A stretch of 63,639 bases of DNA, counting the filler, from Welwitschia mirabilis (taxonomy: Eukaryota): assembly GCA_051453625.1 (NCBI GenBank). It is 4 parts of one record of this genome, joined end to end, with 100 filler letters (N's around TTAATTAATTAA, not from the genome) between each part and the next. Parts side by side here need not be neighbours in the genome. Positions count along the whole stretch, not along the records: positions 21,695 to 53,031 come from JBOZIK010000001.1; 3 more parts are not named here. The stretch is one strand, 5' to 3'. Below are positions 27,745 through 40,574 of the stretch, piece by piece; within the stretch, counting starts at the first letter, position 1, and every line of letters begins with the position of its first letter. The position numbers and the translations under genes are program-made. The notes beneath the pieces are model-generated. The model searched no databases. It was not told where the DNA came from and saw nothing but the letters and a program-made list of their open reading frames with translations.

Positions 27745-30700
27745 TGTTGAAGATCTTATGATTATGTCAAAATAAAAGAATACTTATATAAGTAATAAAT
27801 AACTTATGTTAGACCTACGCTTTTTAATTAATATCTATAGAATTCAGAGCTTTAAGTTACACCTAAGCATTCAAAGGTATTATTTTAACATTTGATCAAA
27901 TATAAAAGAATACTTCCATGAAAGAAAGATAACAAAGAAGGCTAAATTTCATGGTTTAAAATAATTTTTGAAGAGTCTCTAAAGTTCTACATGCATAGAT
28001 AGAAATATTAGCTAGATTATTTTGACATTAGAAAGTGCTTTTCATGCTATTTAAACTCTTTTATTTTAAACACTTGTACTACAAATGTATTTAACATCAT
28101 AGGCATGTATAATTACTTTTAGATTTTTGGTTTTAGAAAAGACATCTTCAAAATAAAAAATGCCTTTGACTATAAAGGTGTCTTAAAGAAATCAAACACA
28201 TCTGCTACAAATTTATAAACTTTTAGTACAGGTGTTTTTTTTATGTGAAAGACATCTGTAGACTATAATTTATCTTCAAAACATAAAGATGTCTACTGTC
28301 AAGTATAAAAGTTTTAGTAAATATATCTTATAACTATTAAAACATCTTTAGATCTTTAATACATCTACTATGAATTTAAAACAAAATAAAGAATCACTAA
28401 GATTTTGCTAACACAATGGTATTAGAGAATAAAAAATAAAAATCCAAAGAAGGAAGGTAGGTTTTTTTTTCTTCTATAGCCTTAGGCCTCTTAAAGTATA
28501 AAGGTTAATTTCATCTTTATTTCAAGATGTTATGGATATCTTAAAATCTTTAGTTATATTCAATGGAAGCTAAGATTTCACATACTACTATTACTTAATG
28601 AAGAAATTGCTTAAATTAAATGACTATTATAATGTTGGTAAGCATGGTTTCTTTGAGCCTCCAAATCCTAACATGTTAAATAGAAAACATAAAATAATAT
28701 ATAAGAAAAAGAAGAAACATGATACATTGATCAAGATAATCATATGCACATTAGTAAGTGAAGCTATTTGATCTAGAATCATTGGAAGTGGAAATGCAAA
28801 GGAATGTTGAGATCATTTAAAAAAGAATTTAAGAGAATCTTAGAGAATATGCAAATCAAAGAATTAAAAACAAGTTATATTTTAAAAATATTTACATCTC
28901 AGGATGTTAATACATTGAATTATTCTTTCAAATAATGTATAAATAACTTAGAAAAATTAATGAGTGTAATTGTGAATTCATTGAAAGACAAAAGATAGAT
29001 TGGATTTTTCAACTATTTTATAATGATGCTAGATACTAAAGTGTAATGATTACTTTTAATTCAAATAAAAGATCTCAATACCTTAATATTTTATGCATTG
29101 GTAGTTCATATAAAATCATTGAAAGATTTAGAAAATAAATAATCTTGACATGATCAATCCTACTTTGAAAAGTTTAAAAAATAAAGAGGAAGAGGTTAAA
29201 ACTCTGATAGAGGAATAGGAAAATAAAATCATTAAAGCTAAAAAGGAGATACTTATATTTTTCTTAAAATTAAGAAAGACAATAAGATTTTAAAGGTTTT
29301 TGAAGAGGAATAAGATTGTTCCAATGACATGAAATATTTGATGGTTAAAGAAAAAGAGAAAATTACTTCCAAATTAATTACCAAAAGCAATATTCAAAGA
29401 AGACATAAGACAAAAGAAAGTATAGTGCATAAATTACAAAAAAATAGATCATACTAAAGATAAGTATTTAGGAAAAGTGGGTTTGGTCAACATCTCAAAT
29501 GATTAGAATCCATCCAAAACCATTTAAGAATGTCAAAAATCTACTTCTTAATCAATAGTTAATAAATAAAAGAAAGTTAAAGTAGGAGTAAGAAAGTAGT
29601 TATCCCTATTTTCTATAAACATTATTCATTCTTCCACATGCATTATGAATAGTGGGTATTCAAATTACATGAAACCCAATAAAAATTTATTTATTAATCA
29701 TAAGACAACTAATTTGAATCTATTATAGTGGGTAATAATTCTTTTGTAAAAATAGAAGCATTTTAGATGTTAAAATAAATCTCTAAGATGGAATATGGCT
29801 CAATTTTTATGATGTGTTTCATGTGCCTAAGCTTGCTAATTCATTACTTTCAGTTAAAAAATAGTTTAAAGAAGAAATATAGTTATGTCAGATGAGAATG
29901 GAAGTACTATAAAGGATGATAGAGACTTCTTAATTACACTTACAAGAATTTCAAATAAGATTTATGCACTAGTTTTCATGAAAGAAGGCACATCAAGTAA
30001 AACCATACCACTAATGTTAATGGTTGTTATAATTAAGAATCCTTTAATTCTTTAACACATGAAACTAGGATGAAACTCTTACACAAACATGATAAAGATG
30101 ACAAATTATCAAAGTGTTTTAAGCATTAAATATTATGAATTTCCTTTTAAAATTTGTAAAACATGTATTAAGATCACACAACAGAGTAAACCACATAATG
30201 TAATTATGAAGAGAAAAACTAAGTCACTTGAATTGGTGAGTATGAGCTTGATTTATTTAATGAATACTTATACAGTGAAGGGATTAAAGTATTTTATTAT
30301 AATTGCTGATGATTTTACACTTGATCTTACCTCATCCATTTCAAATATAAGGCATTATTTACTTTTAAATATTTTAAATCTTATGCTAAAAATCAATTGG
30401 AACAAAGAATAAAAGCCATGAGAAGTAGTAGAGAAGTTGAATTTATAAATGTCGATTTTAATGAATTTTGCAATGATTATGACATCATAATACAAACAAC
30501 ACATGGATATTCTCCATAAAGTAATGGAATTGATAAGATAAAGGATGGTATAATACAAGAAATATCATATTTCTTATTAACAAAAAGCACATTGTTCAAT
30601 TCCACTTGATGTGACACTTTTAATATAGCCACATCTATTCTCAATTTACTTGTGAGTTATTTTAAAAAAGGTAAGAATTCATATAAGATAATCTTTAAAA

Positions 30701-32429
30701 CAATTCCAAATTTATCTCATTTAAAAATATTTGGTAGTATTTGTTAGATATACATACCCAATCAACTGACATCTAAACTTGATGCTATAAGTAAGAAGTG
30801 CATTTTTATTACATATGATGTAAAGTATTATGATTGCATATAGTGGAGAATATTTTATTTTTAGAGATGTTCAAATTGATGAATCAAAATTTGGATTGAC
30901 ATACTTTTCTTATGAAGAAGATAATGTGAATAAATAATCTAGGATTTCTCAACCATCTTTACCATCAATAATGGTTAAAGATCATCCACCTTCTTAAATG
31001 TTGGTTATAAATATTTAAAGGATATTTCCAAGAAGTATGACCATTCTCATGTAGCACATTAGCCTTGATTGATGAACTAGATCTATTGATAAATCATTTT
31101 ATTCTCCAATTTTAAGATAAATAATGAATAAAGAAATGAATTTAATATTAGAAAATTGGCACATGGAAACTTATATATAGACCAAAAGGTAAGAAGATCA
31201 TTGTCTTGAAATGGATTTTAAAATTAATAAAGATAACAAATGCATTGTAAGAAGCATATTGACTATAAAAGATTTTTGCACTAGTTATTAGGTTTGAAAC
31301 TATAAAATTAATTATTCCTTTAGCTATTTTTGAAGGATTTTTTTACATTAAATAAATGAAAAAAGTGCATTTTTAAATGGTAATTTATAAGAGTAATTGT
31401 ATATTCTCTAGCCTTAACATTTTATTAGTAAAGGCTAAGGAAGAAAAAAAAGTTTGCAAACTTAAAAAATCTGTTTATGATCTAAAGCAAGATTTAATAG
31501 CTTAATTTAAAAGAATAAATGATGACCTCATTAGAGAAGTTTAAAAATCATGTATTTTAAAGATCACATTAGATTTAGAACACTAAAATGATCATTTCAT
31601 CATGATATTCCTTTATGTTGATGATATAGTATTTTTTGCTACATGTAAGAAAATCATTAAAGAGTTCAAGATGGAGATGAAAATCAAATCTAAAATGAAA
31701 GATCTTGATATCCTTAAATATTTTTGGGATATTTAGGTTGATGAAGCTAAAGACTTTATGATTGTATGATAATAAAAATTTACACAATTCATGATGGAAA
31801 AGTATCCATGTCTTAAGTAAATCCAGCCACCACACTACAACCTCAAAATCTAAGAAATGAAAGAAAAGACTCTTCAAGGAGGGTGGATGACTTTTTATAG
31901 GTTCATGACAGACTTCTTAATATTATTATATTACACAAGTCATAATATTAAATTTTCGACATGATTCATATCCAGATATATGCCTAAATTAATAAAAAAC
32001 CATTTTATTATTTTGAAATATCTCTTGAGGTATGTACTTAGGACCCTAATAATTTGGCTTAAATTTGAAAAATAAAATGTTGATATTTATTAATATTATA
32101 ATGGTAGTAGGAATGGATTTATTAAAGATAGAAAATATACTTCTAGTTCCATCATCTTACATGAATAAAATCTAATAAATTAGAACTCAAGAAAATAAAC
32201 AGTTGTGTTTATTTCATCTACATAAGATAAGTACTTATCCATAACTAATTCTATTCATCATGTTTTAAGGATTTTATAATTATTTAAATTATTAGAAGTA
32301 AAGATAAAAATACTAACTAATATGTTTGTGAATAATTTACTAGCCATAATTCTTTCTGAAGAATACACTCTTCATAAGAAGAAAAAAAAAAATTAAAATC
32401 AGGTATTAATTTATTCATCATATCTTAGG
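27745..32429 (+). mobile_element. Ty1/copia element: 5' LTR 27745-28413, PBS 28417-28427, gag-PR-IN-RT-RH, truncated within RNase H
   Basis: TGTTGAAG...TAACA LTR; tggtattagag PBS; protease CIMNSGYSNYM; integrase KYFIIIADDF and HLKIFGSIC; RT FLYVDDIVF (~31608); RNase H cut at 32430. Confidence 0.88.
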
Positions 32430-32806
32430 TGTGCATGAATGAAATATTTCTTTACTTATCAATTAAATTTATGATCTTATAACATGATACATGCTAGTAT
32501 AAGTTGTAACCAAAATGTCATAAACTACTAAAACAAACAAAGAAATATTAGAAGATTAGTTTATTTAGAAGAGAAAGAAATTATTTTTGGTATTTTTTCA
32601 ATTAAGTAAGGAAAATAGAATTAAGAATGAAATGAAAAATGAGATGAATGACATGCAATGAAAATGTCAATGAAATAAAATTTTTAAAATGTAACTAATT
32701 AATTGAGTTATTAACTTATTTTTAATCAAGTTAGCCCTTATACTCTATATCAGTATTAGATTCAATTTAGAATAGTACTATATGAGTCTTAACATAAAGT
32801 ATAAGG

Positions 32807-35800
32807 TGTTAGATTATGTTTTGCTAATTGATGTCAAACTAATGTTTTCTATGAATAAAATTTTGTGTATCTTTTGTAGAAAATATTAACCACTTATAGA
32901 TCAAATGCTAAAGCTAAGAATGTTACATTTTGATCACTGAAAACTTATCAAATTTACTTACCCTCTTGAGGGATTAACCGGACTTTCAAGGAGTCAACTA
33001 CGCCTGGAGCATACTCTTAGAATTGAATTGAATTTAAAGGGATTGNNNNNNNNNNNNNNNNNNNNNNNNNNNNNNNNNNNNNNNNNNNNNNNNNNNNNNN
33101 NNNNNNNNNNNNNNNNNNNNNNNNNNNNNNNNNNNNNNNNNNNNNNNNNNNNNNNNNNNNNNNNNNNNNNNNNNNNNNNNNNNNNNNNNNNNNNNNNNNN
33201 NNNNNNNNNNNNNNNNNNNNNNNNNNNNNNNNNNNNNNNNNNNNNNNNNNNNNNNNNNNNNNNNNNNNNNNNNNNNNNNNNNNNNNNNNNNNNNNNNNNN
33301 NNNNNNNNNNNNNNNNNNNNNNNNNNNNNNNNNNNNNNNNNNNNNNNNNNNNNNNNNNNNNNNNNNNNNNNNNNNNNNNNNNNNNNNNNNNNNNNNNNNN
33401 NNNNNNNNNNNNNNNNNNNNNNNNNNNNNNNNNNNNNNNNNNNNNNNNNNNNNNNNNNNNNNNNNNNNNNNNNNNNNNNNNNNNNNNNNNNNNNNNNNNN
33501 NNNNNNNNNNNNNNNNNNNNNNNNNNNNNNNNNNNNNNNNNNNNNNNNNNNNNNNNNNNNNNNNNNNNNNNNNNNNNNNNNNNNNNNNNNNNCAACCATA
33601 CTTGTGATCTTAATAGCTAATATCTATAAATCAAATGACAAGGGGTTGACTGGATCTTTGATGGAGTCGACTGGATTTGTGGACCTAAGAATAGTATCCT
33701 TGAACTAAATGTTAAAGGGTCGACCGAAGCTATGATGGGATTCACCGGATTTGTAAACTTGATAATAATACTCCTAAATTAATTATCAAGGAGTTGACTG
33801 GACCTTTGAGGAGTCTATCAGACCTAATGTAGGAAATTGAAATCTCTTTATCAAGACTAGTGGGCAATTGGATAGATATGTAGACAATCGAATGAGGGAT
33901 CAACTAGACCCATAGGGGTTGACTAAACATGGAGTCATAAGAAACTAAAATAACCAAAAAGTTCACTTGGGCAATCTGTTTAAGCCATAGTACTAGGAGG
34001 GGTTGACCAAACGTTTGAGGGGTTGAATAATTGAAATAGAAATGAAATTTTATATCTATTATGTATTAATTTTATAGCAATTTATAGCCATTGGAAGCAC
34101 ATTTTTACTTGTAATAAACCATAAAGGCCTTCTGATATAAATAGCCAAGAGAGAGATTACAAAAAAGGACTTTTTAACTCTTGATCAAAGAAATGAAATT
34201 TGTGATTTTCACTGTAGCATCTTAGAATGATACTCCTGACTAAGGACAATTCATCATTTGTTATATCTGTACATTCAAGGTTAGATCTTGTACTTCATTG
34301 TTATATCATCTATAGGAGAAGAGTTCCATTATAATTATTGTACTGAAGAATGAGTGATATTAGCACACCGGGCTATTTTTACTGTTACTATTACATCCTC
34401 TAAAGGTTGAGACTTAGCCTACAAAATCCATGTGTAAAAGTTACAGGTGGACCTGCAACACCTAGAAGAGTTAACAAAGATCTAGATTAGGCTTGATGAT
34501 AAACTAATCATTAAGAGAAGAGTAGGCATTTTTCTGAACCACTATAAAAATTGTGTGCATATAATTAATATTTTATGCTTTCTATTAGTTTTATTATCTT
34601 GAATACTTTTAGATTTTTTTTCTTTTTATGCACACATTTATTAGTGATCTATTTTAAACAAGTTTTTATTGAAATTTTACTTGAATAATTCTTGAACTTA
34701 GGGTTCTCAATCCCCAAAATGGTATCAGAGCTAAGTTAAGTCCATTATTAGATTTTAATCAATCTAGACTCTAGAACCTAAAATGTGTAATCTGTTTGTT
34801 AATTTTTTAAATATGCCCTTCTTAGAAATATGTACTCTCATTAGTTATTTTTGGATAGTATGTGGATATATTTTCAAGCAGATTGTAGACAGTGGATATG
34901 CAAAGGAGTCAGGGAAAGTGAAAATAGATCAATTCAAGAATCTGATGAAGATAGAAGAATTTCCTTTATGACAATTGTGCCTTCTTTTCAGAACTTACCC
35001 AATACATCAAAGTATAATGATTTAGATGTGTTTAATAAAGAACAAGATGAACTAGAAGATACTTATCAAGAGTTATATTTAACCTGTAAAAATTGGATTA
35101 AAAAAAATAATATGAATTAGATTGTAAAGTCTCTTATAAAAGGAAAGGAGGAAATGGAATCGAGATATAAGAAGATCAAATCTGAAAACTCTAATATCAT
35201 CTTTTAGGTAAAATATTTATCTCATTTTGTTAATAAATTTTCTAGTGATTCTTCCAAATTAGAATAGGTTCTTGAAGTCTATAAACTTACTATTAATAAG
35301 TCAAGTATTGAGTTCATCTCTTAAAAACTTCAAAGGCAGCAAAATTAGGTAACATGGCAAAGTAAGTTCATCTTCGAAGTCACTTATCATTTTTGTGGAA
35401 AGACAAGTCATTCAAAATTTTTTTGCAATGATAGGAAGTTAATGTTATGCTTAAACTCAGTTAGTACTTTTCCTTTTAAATTCATTCCAAAAGGAGGTAT
35501 GCCATATAAGTCTAAAAAGACTAAGTGGGTTAAAGATAATGATCTTAAAAGTCTTTTAATTTAGATAGTTTTCAAGGTTTTAAATAGTAGTAGCTAGCAT
35601 CTCGACAGTGGATGTTCAAGGCATATGACAAGAGATAAATCTAAATTCAAGTAATTAAGAAACTTTGATGGAGGAGATGTGACTTTTGATAATAATGGAA
35701 TAGCAAAAATAGAAGGCATCAAAAGCATCAATGGAGGTAATATTCCTATAATTAATGAAGTTTTGTATGTAAATGATTCAAACCATAATTTATTAAGTAT

Positions 35801-38800
35801 TAGTCAAATTTGTGACAAAGGACACAAGGTAATTTTTGATAAGTTAAAATGTGAAATTTTGCATGGAACATCTAATGATGTAATACTTAGATCAAATAGA
35901 ATAGATAATGTTTATAGCATAGATCAATCATTTCACTATGTTATTTTTTAAATGTTCCTCAAGAAGAGTTGTGGCATAAACAATTAAGTCCTGTTAATTA
36001 TGATTAACTAAAAATGATTATTTATTAAAAAATTATAAAAGGTATCCCTAAGATAAATGTAGAAAAATAAGGTTTATGTAATGCATGCCAAAAGGGCAAA
36101 TAAATAAGGACTTCATATAAAAGTAAAAACCAGACTTTCACAATAATGCCATTAGAGTGTATCCATATGAACTTTATAAGCCCCACTTAAACTTGAAGTC
36201 TAGGTGGTAAACATTATTTTCTTACTATGGTTAATAACTTTTCTTGATATACTTGGATATCTTTCCTGTCAAACAAGTCTGAAGCATACAAATATTAGGT
36301 TGAGATATGCAAAAAGATTCAAAATGAAAAAGGATATACCATAAGGAAAATAAAAAGTGATCATGGTGGTGAATTTAAGAACCATTTTTGAGAAATATTA
36401 CATTGATAATGGAATTTATCATCAATTTTCAGCCCCAAAGATACCACAACAAAATGGTATAGATAAAAGAAAGAACATAGTCCTCCAAGAAATGACACAA
36501 ACTATGCTAAATGATAAAGAGATTCCTAAATCATTTTGGGCTGAGGTAGTTAGCACAACATGCTATATTATTAATAGAGTATATCTTAAACCCGATATAA
36601 ATAAAATGCCATATACGTTATGGAAAGGAAGACAACCTAATATTTCATATTTTAAAGTCTTTGGAAGTAAATTCTATGTGCTAAAAAATAGAGAACACTT
36701 AAGAAAATTTGACTCTAAATCCGATGAATCTATCTTTCTAGGCTACTCAACTAGAAGAAAAGATTATCAAGTTTTGAACAAGATAAGTTTAGTAATAAAA
36801 GAGTTAATAAATGTGCAATTTATGAGATTGACATAAGACTGAGTTGCTCAGATAAAGAGGAAGTAATAACTATAAGTATTCCCACAACTAATAAAGTAAC
36901 TATTGAAAGTATTAGAACTCCTTCAAAAGAAGATACACTGAAAAAGACCAAATTATTAAAAGATCATTCTTTAGAATCTATTATTAGAGAAACTGATTCA
37001 AAAATGAGACAAGAGGTTCTATGAAGAATTTATATTATTACATTTGTTATGTTTTAAGAATAAAGCCCAAGAAATTTTAAGAAGCTTAAATTCATGAGGA
37101 ATCAATGATTGCAATGCAAGCTGAGCTATAACAGCTCAAGAGAAATGATGTTTGGAAGCTTGTTAAAAGACTAAAAGATAAAAATATCATTGGAATTAAG
37201 CAGATTTTTTAAAAAAAATGTGATGAAGAAAATAATGTTATTAAAAACAAGGCAAGATTAGTTGTACGAGGCTATAATTAGATAGAAGAAATTGATGTAG
37301 GTGATACATTTGCTCTTGTTGCAAGGTTAGATAGAATTAGAATGTTTTTGTTTTTTGTAGCCTTTAGAAATTTCAAAGTTTATAAAATGAATGTGAAGAG
37401 TGCTCTTTTAAATGATACTTTAAATGAAGAAGTTTATGTAGATCAACCATAAGGTTTTATTAATCCTCATAAAACTAGTCATGTGTAAAAACTTAAGAAA
37501 TCCCTGTATGAATTGAAACAAGCTCCAAGACCTTGGTATGAGAAGCTAACCACTTTTTTAAATGAAAATGGATATATTTATAGAACTATAGATAAAACCT
37601 TATTCATAAAGAATTAAAGAAATGATTTCATTATTATACAAATCTATGTAGATGATATTATATTCAGTGCCTCAAATGAAAATTTGTCAAAAGAATTTGC
37701 AACTATTATGATAAGTCATTTTGAAATTAGTATGCTTACTGAACTAAAAATGTTTCTTGGACTATAGATCAAGTAATTAAAAGATGAGATATTTATTTCT
37801 TAATCCAAATATGCAAGATATTTAATCAAATGTTTTAAATTTAAAAATGCAAAAATAATTGACACCCCTATGTTAACATCTTGTAAAGTAAGTTTGAATG
37901 AAAATGATAAACCAATAGATTAAAAATTTTACAAAAGTATGATTGAAAGTTTATTATATTTAACTACAAGTAGACTAGACATTATATTTAGTGTTGGGAT
38001 TTTTTCAAGGTATCAATCCTAAATAAAAGAATCACATCTACAAGTAGTAAAAAGAATAATTAGGTATGTAAAAGACACATGTGATTATGGCTTGTCGTAT
38101 CCTACAAAGACATCTTTTGAACTTGTAGGTTTTAGTGATGTGGATTGGGTTGGTTGTAAAGATAATAAAAATAGCACAAGTGGAAATTGTTTTTTATTAG
38201 TTCATCCTTAGTAGGATGGGCAAGTAAGAAATAAAACTCCATTTCTCTTTCAATTATAAAAATGTAATATATTACAGTAGGTAGTTATTGTACTTATTTT
38301 TTGTAGATGAAAGAAATATTAAAGGATTTTGGTATTCATTTTGAATAAGTCTCAATCTTTTGTAATAATTCCTATGCTATAAACATATCTAAAAATCCTA
38401 TTCAACCTTAAGAACCAAACATATTGAGCTAAGACATTATTTTCTAAGAGATAAAGTAGAAAAATAACACATCTCTATGAACTTTGTGAGTACAGATCAA
38501 TATCTAGTAGATATTTTTTACTAAACAACTGAATTTTAATACTTTTCCTCATCTTAAAAGATAACTAGGGGTTATCTCACCATTCTATGGCTGATTACAG
38601 GATGATCGACTAGAACTATGATTTAGTCAACTGGAGGTGGTCAGTCGACTGGAGTAATAGCCCGGTCACTTGGACTCAGAGGAAGCTGGTAGCATAAAAT
38701 GAATGATAGTCACAGAATAGGAATTTTATTATCTATTTTGATCTTTTTATATCATTATGCTTATTCTCTATTTCTACTTGTATGTTTTTCTCTCCTTTGT

Positions 38801-40574
38801 CATTGATGTCCAAAGGGGGAGAATCAGTTGTATGTCTCTTATGCTTTAAGATGTAGTTTACTCTTGATGAGCACTTGCTTTTAGATGTAATAGTTATATT
38901 AATGAAATAAAAATGCACTTGGTTTTATGCTTTTAATTTGTGTTTTAAAATTTTTTAGTGCAATTCAAATATTCATATGAACTTAAATTTTTTATGTTGA
39001 AACTTAAGGATTCAAATGATTTTTATCCTACATTTGCAATGAACTTTAAATTGTCAATGATCAAAGTGATAAATATTATATGATCAAAATGTGCTTTTTG
39101 TAAATATTATTTTCTTAACTCTCCAAATGTGCATCTTAACTTGTTTTTATTTTTAGTATAAAATTATACTTATCAAAATGTCTTTAATTGGTTTCAAAAG
39201 TCTTAATATTTTTACAAACCTTAATAGACATTTTGTAAGGGGGAGTTTTCTCAAAATTCTAATATTTTACAACTAAGAATCAATGTTAAAGAGGAAGATT
39301 GTTAGATTATGTTTTGTAAATTGATGTCAAACTAATGTTTTCTATGAAGTTAATTTTGTGTATCTTATGCAAAAAATACTTGCAAGTCAGATGCTAGAGC
39401 TAGGAATACCACATTCTGATCACTAGAAATATATTAAATTTACTTACTCTCTTGAGGAATCAATCAGACTTTCAAGGGATTGACACATGTGGAGCATACT
39501 TTTAGAAATAAATTAAATTTAGAGGAACGACTGGATTTATAAGGGGTTGATCAGATCTGTGAACCTGAGAACAGTACTTATGAATTGATTATTAAGGGAT
39601 TGACTAGATCTTTGAGGGGTTGATAAGACTTATTGTAAACAATTGGAATCTATTTATCAAGAGTAATAGACAACTAGATAGATCTATAGTTAATTAGATG
39701 AGGGATTGACTACATCTTGAGGGATTGACCAAACATGGAGCCATAAAAAATTAGAATGACTAAAAAGTTTACTCAGGCAATGTATTTAAGTCACAGTACC
39801 AAGAGTAGTTAACCAAATGTTTGAGGGGTCCACTAGATAAAATAAAAATGAAATTTTATATCCATTATGTATCTATTTTGTAGTTATTTATATCCATTAT
39901 AAATGCATTTTTACTTGTAATAAATCCTAAAAGCATTTCAATATAAATATCTAAGAGAGAGATTACTAAAAATGACTTTTTAACTCTTAATCAAAGGACT
40001 AAAATTTTTGATTTTCACTATAGCATCTTGGCATTATACTCTTAACTAAGGATGATTCATCATTTGTTGTGTCTATACATTCAAGATCAGACCTTATACT
40101 TAATTGTTATATCATCTATAGGAGAAGAGCTCCATTACAATAATTGTATAGAAGAACAAGTTATATTAATGCATTAAGGCATTCTTACCATCACTATTAC
40201 ATCCTATGAAGGTTAAGACTTAGCCTAAAAAAATTCATTAGAAAGGTTGAGACTTAGTTTGAAAATGTTTGTGTGTAAAGGTTATAGGTGAACCTACAAT
40301 ACATGAAAGAGTTAATGAAGATTCATATCAAACTTGGTGATAAGCTGATCATTGAGAGTAGAGTAGGAGATTTCCTAAACCACTATAAAACTTGCGTTTA
40401 TTTGATTGGTATTTTATGCTTTTTGTTAGTTTTATATCCTAAATACTTTTAGTTTTTTTTATTTTTCTACATTAGTTTACTAGTGATCTATTTTAAATAT
40501 GTTTTTATTGAAATTTTGCTTGAATAATTCTTATAACCTACTCACTTCCTTCTCTAGGGTTCTCGATCTCCACA
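32807..40574 (+). mobile_element. Structurally complete but decayed SIRE (Sirevirus) copia element
   Basis: 5' LTR 32807-34718 and 3' LTR 39300-40574, both starting TGTTAGATTATGTTTTG; PBS TGGTATCAGAGC 34720-34731; PPT-like tracts at ~38812, ~39236 and ~39288; TSD taagg/taaga. Confidence 0.93.
34783..38594 (+). pseudogene. gag-pol: SIRE gag-pol (gag internally deleted; PR, IN, RT, RH present with stops)
   Basis: *HLDSGCSRHMT, IKSDHGGEF, FSAPKIPQQNG, FWAEVVSTTCYIINRV, QIYVDDIIF, GFSDVDWVGC, RTKHIELRHYFLRDKV. Confidence 0.93.

Noticed and set aside
36357..36836. 159-aa ORF as a standalone gene
   Set aside because: It is a frameshifted piece of the SIRE integrase.
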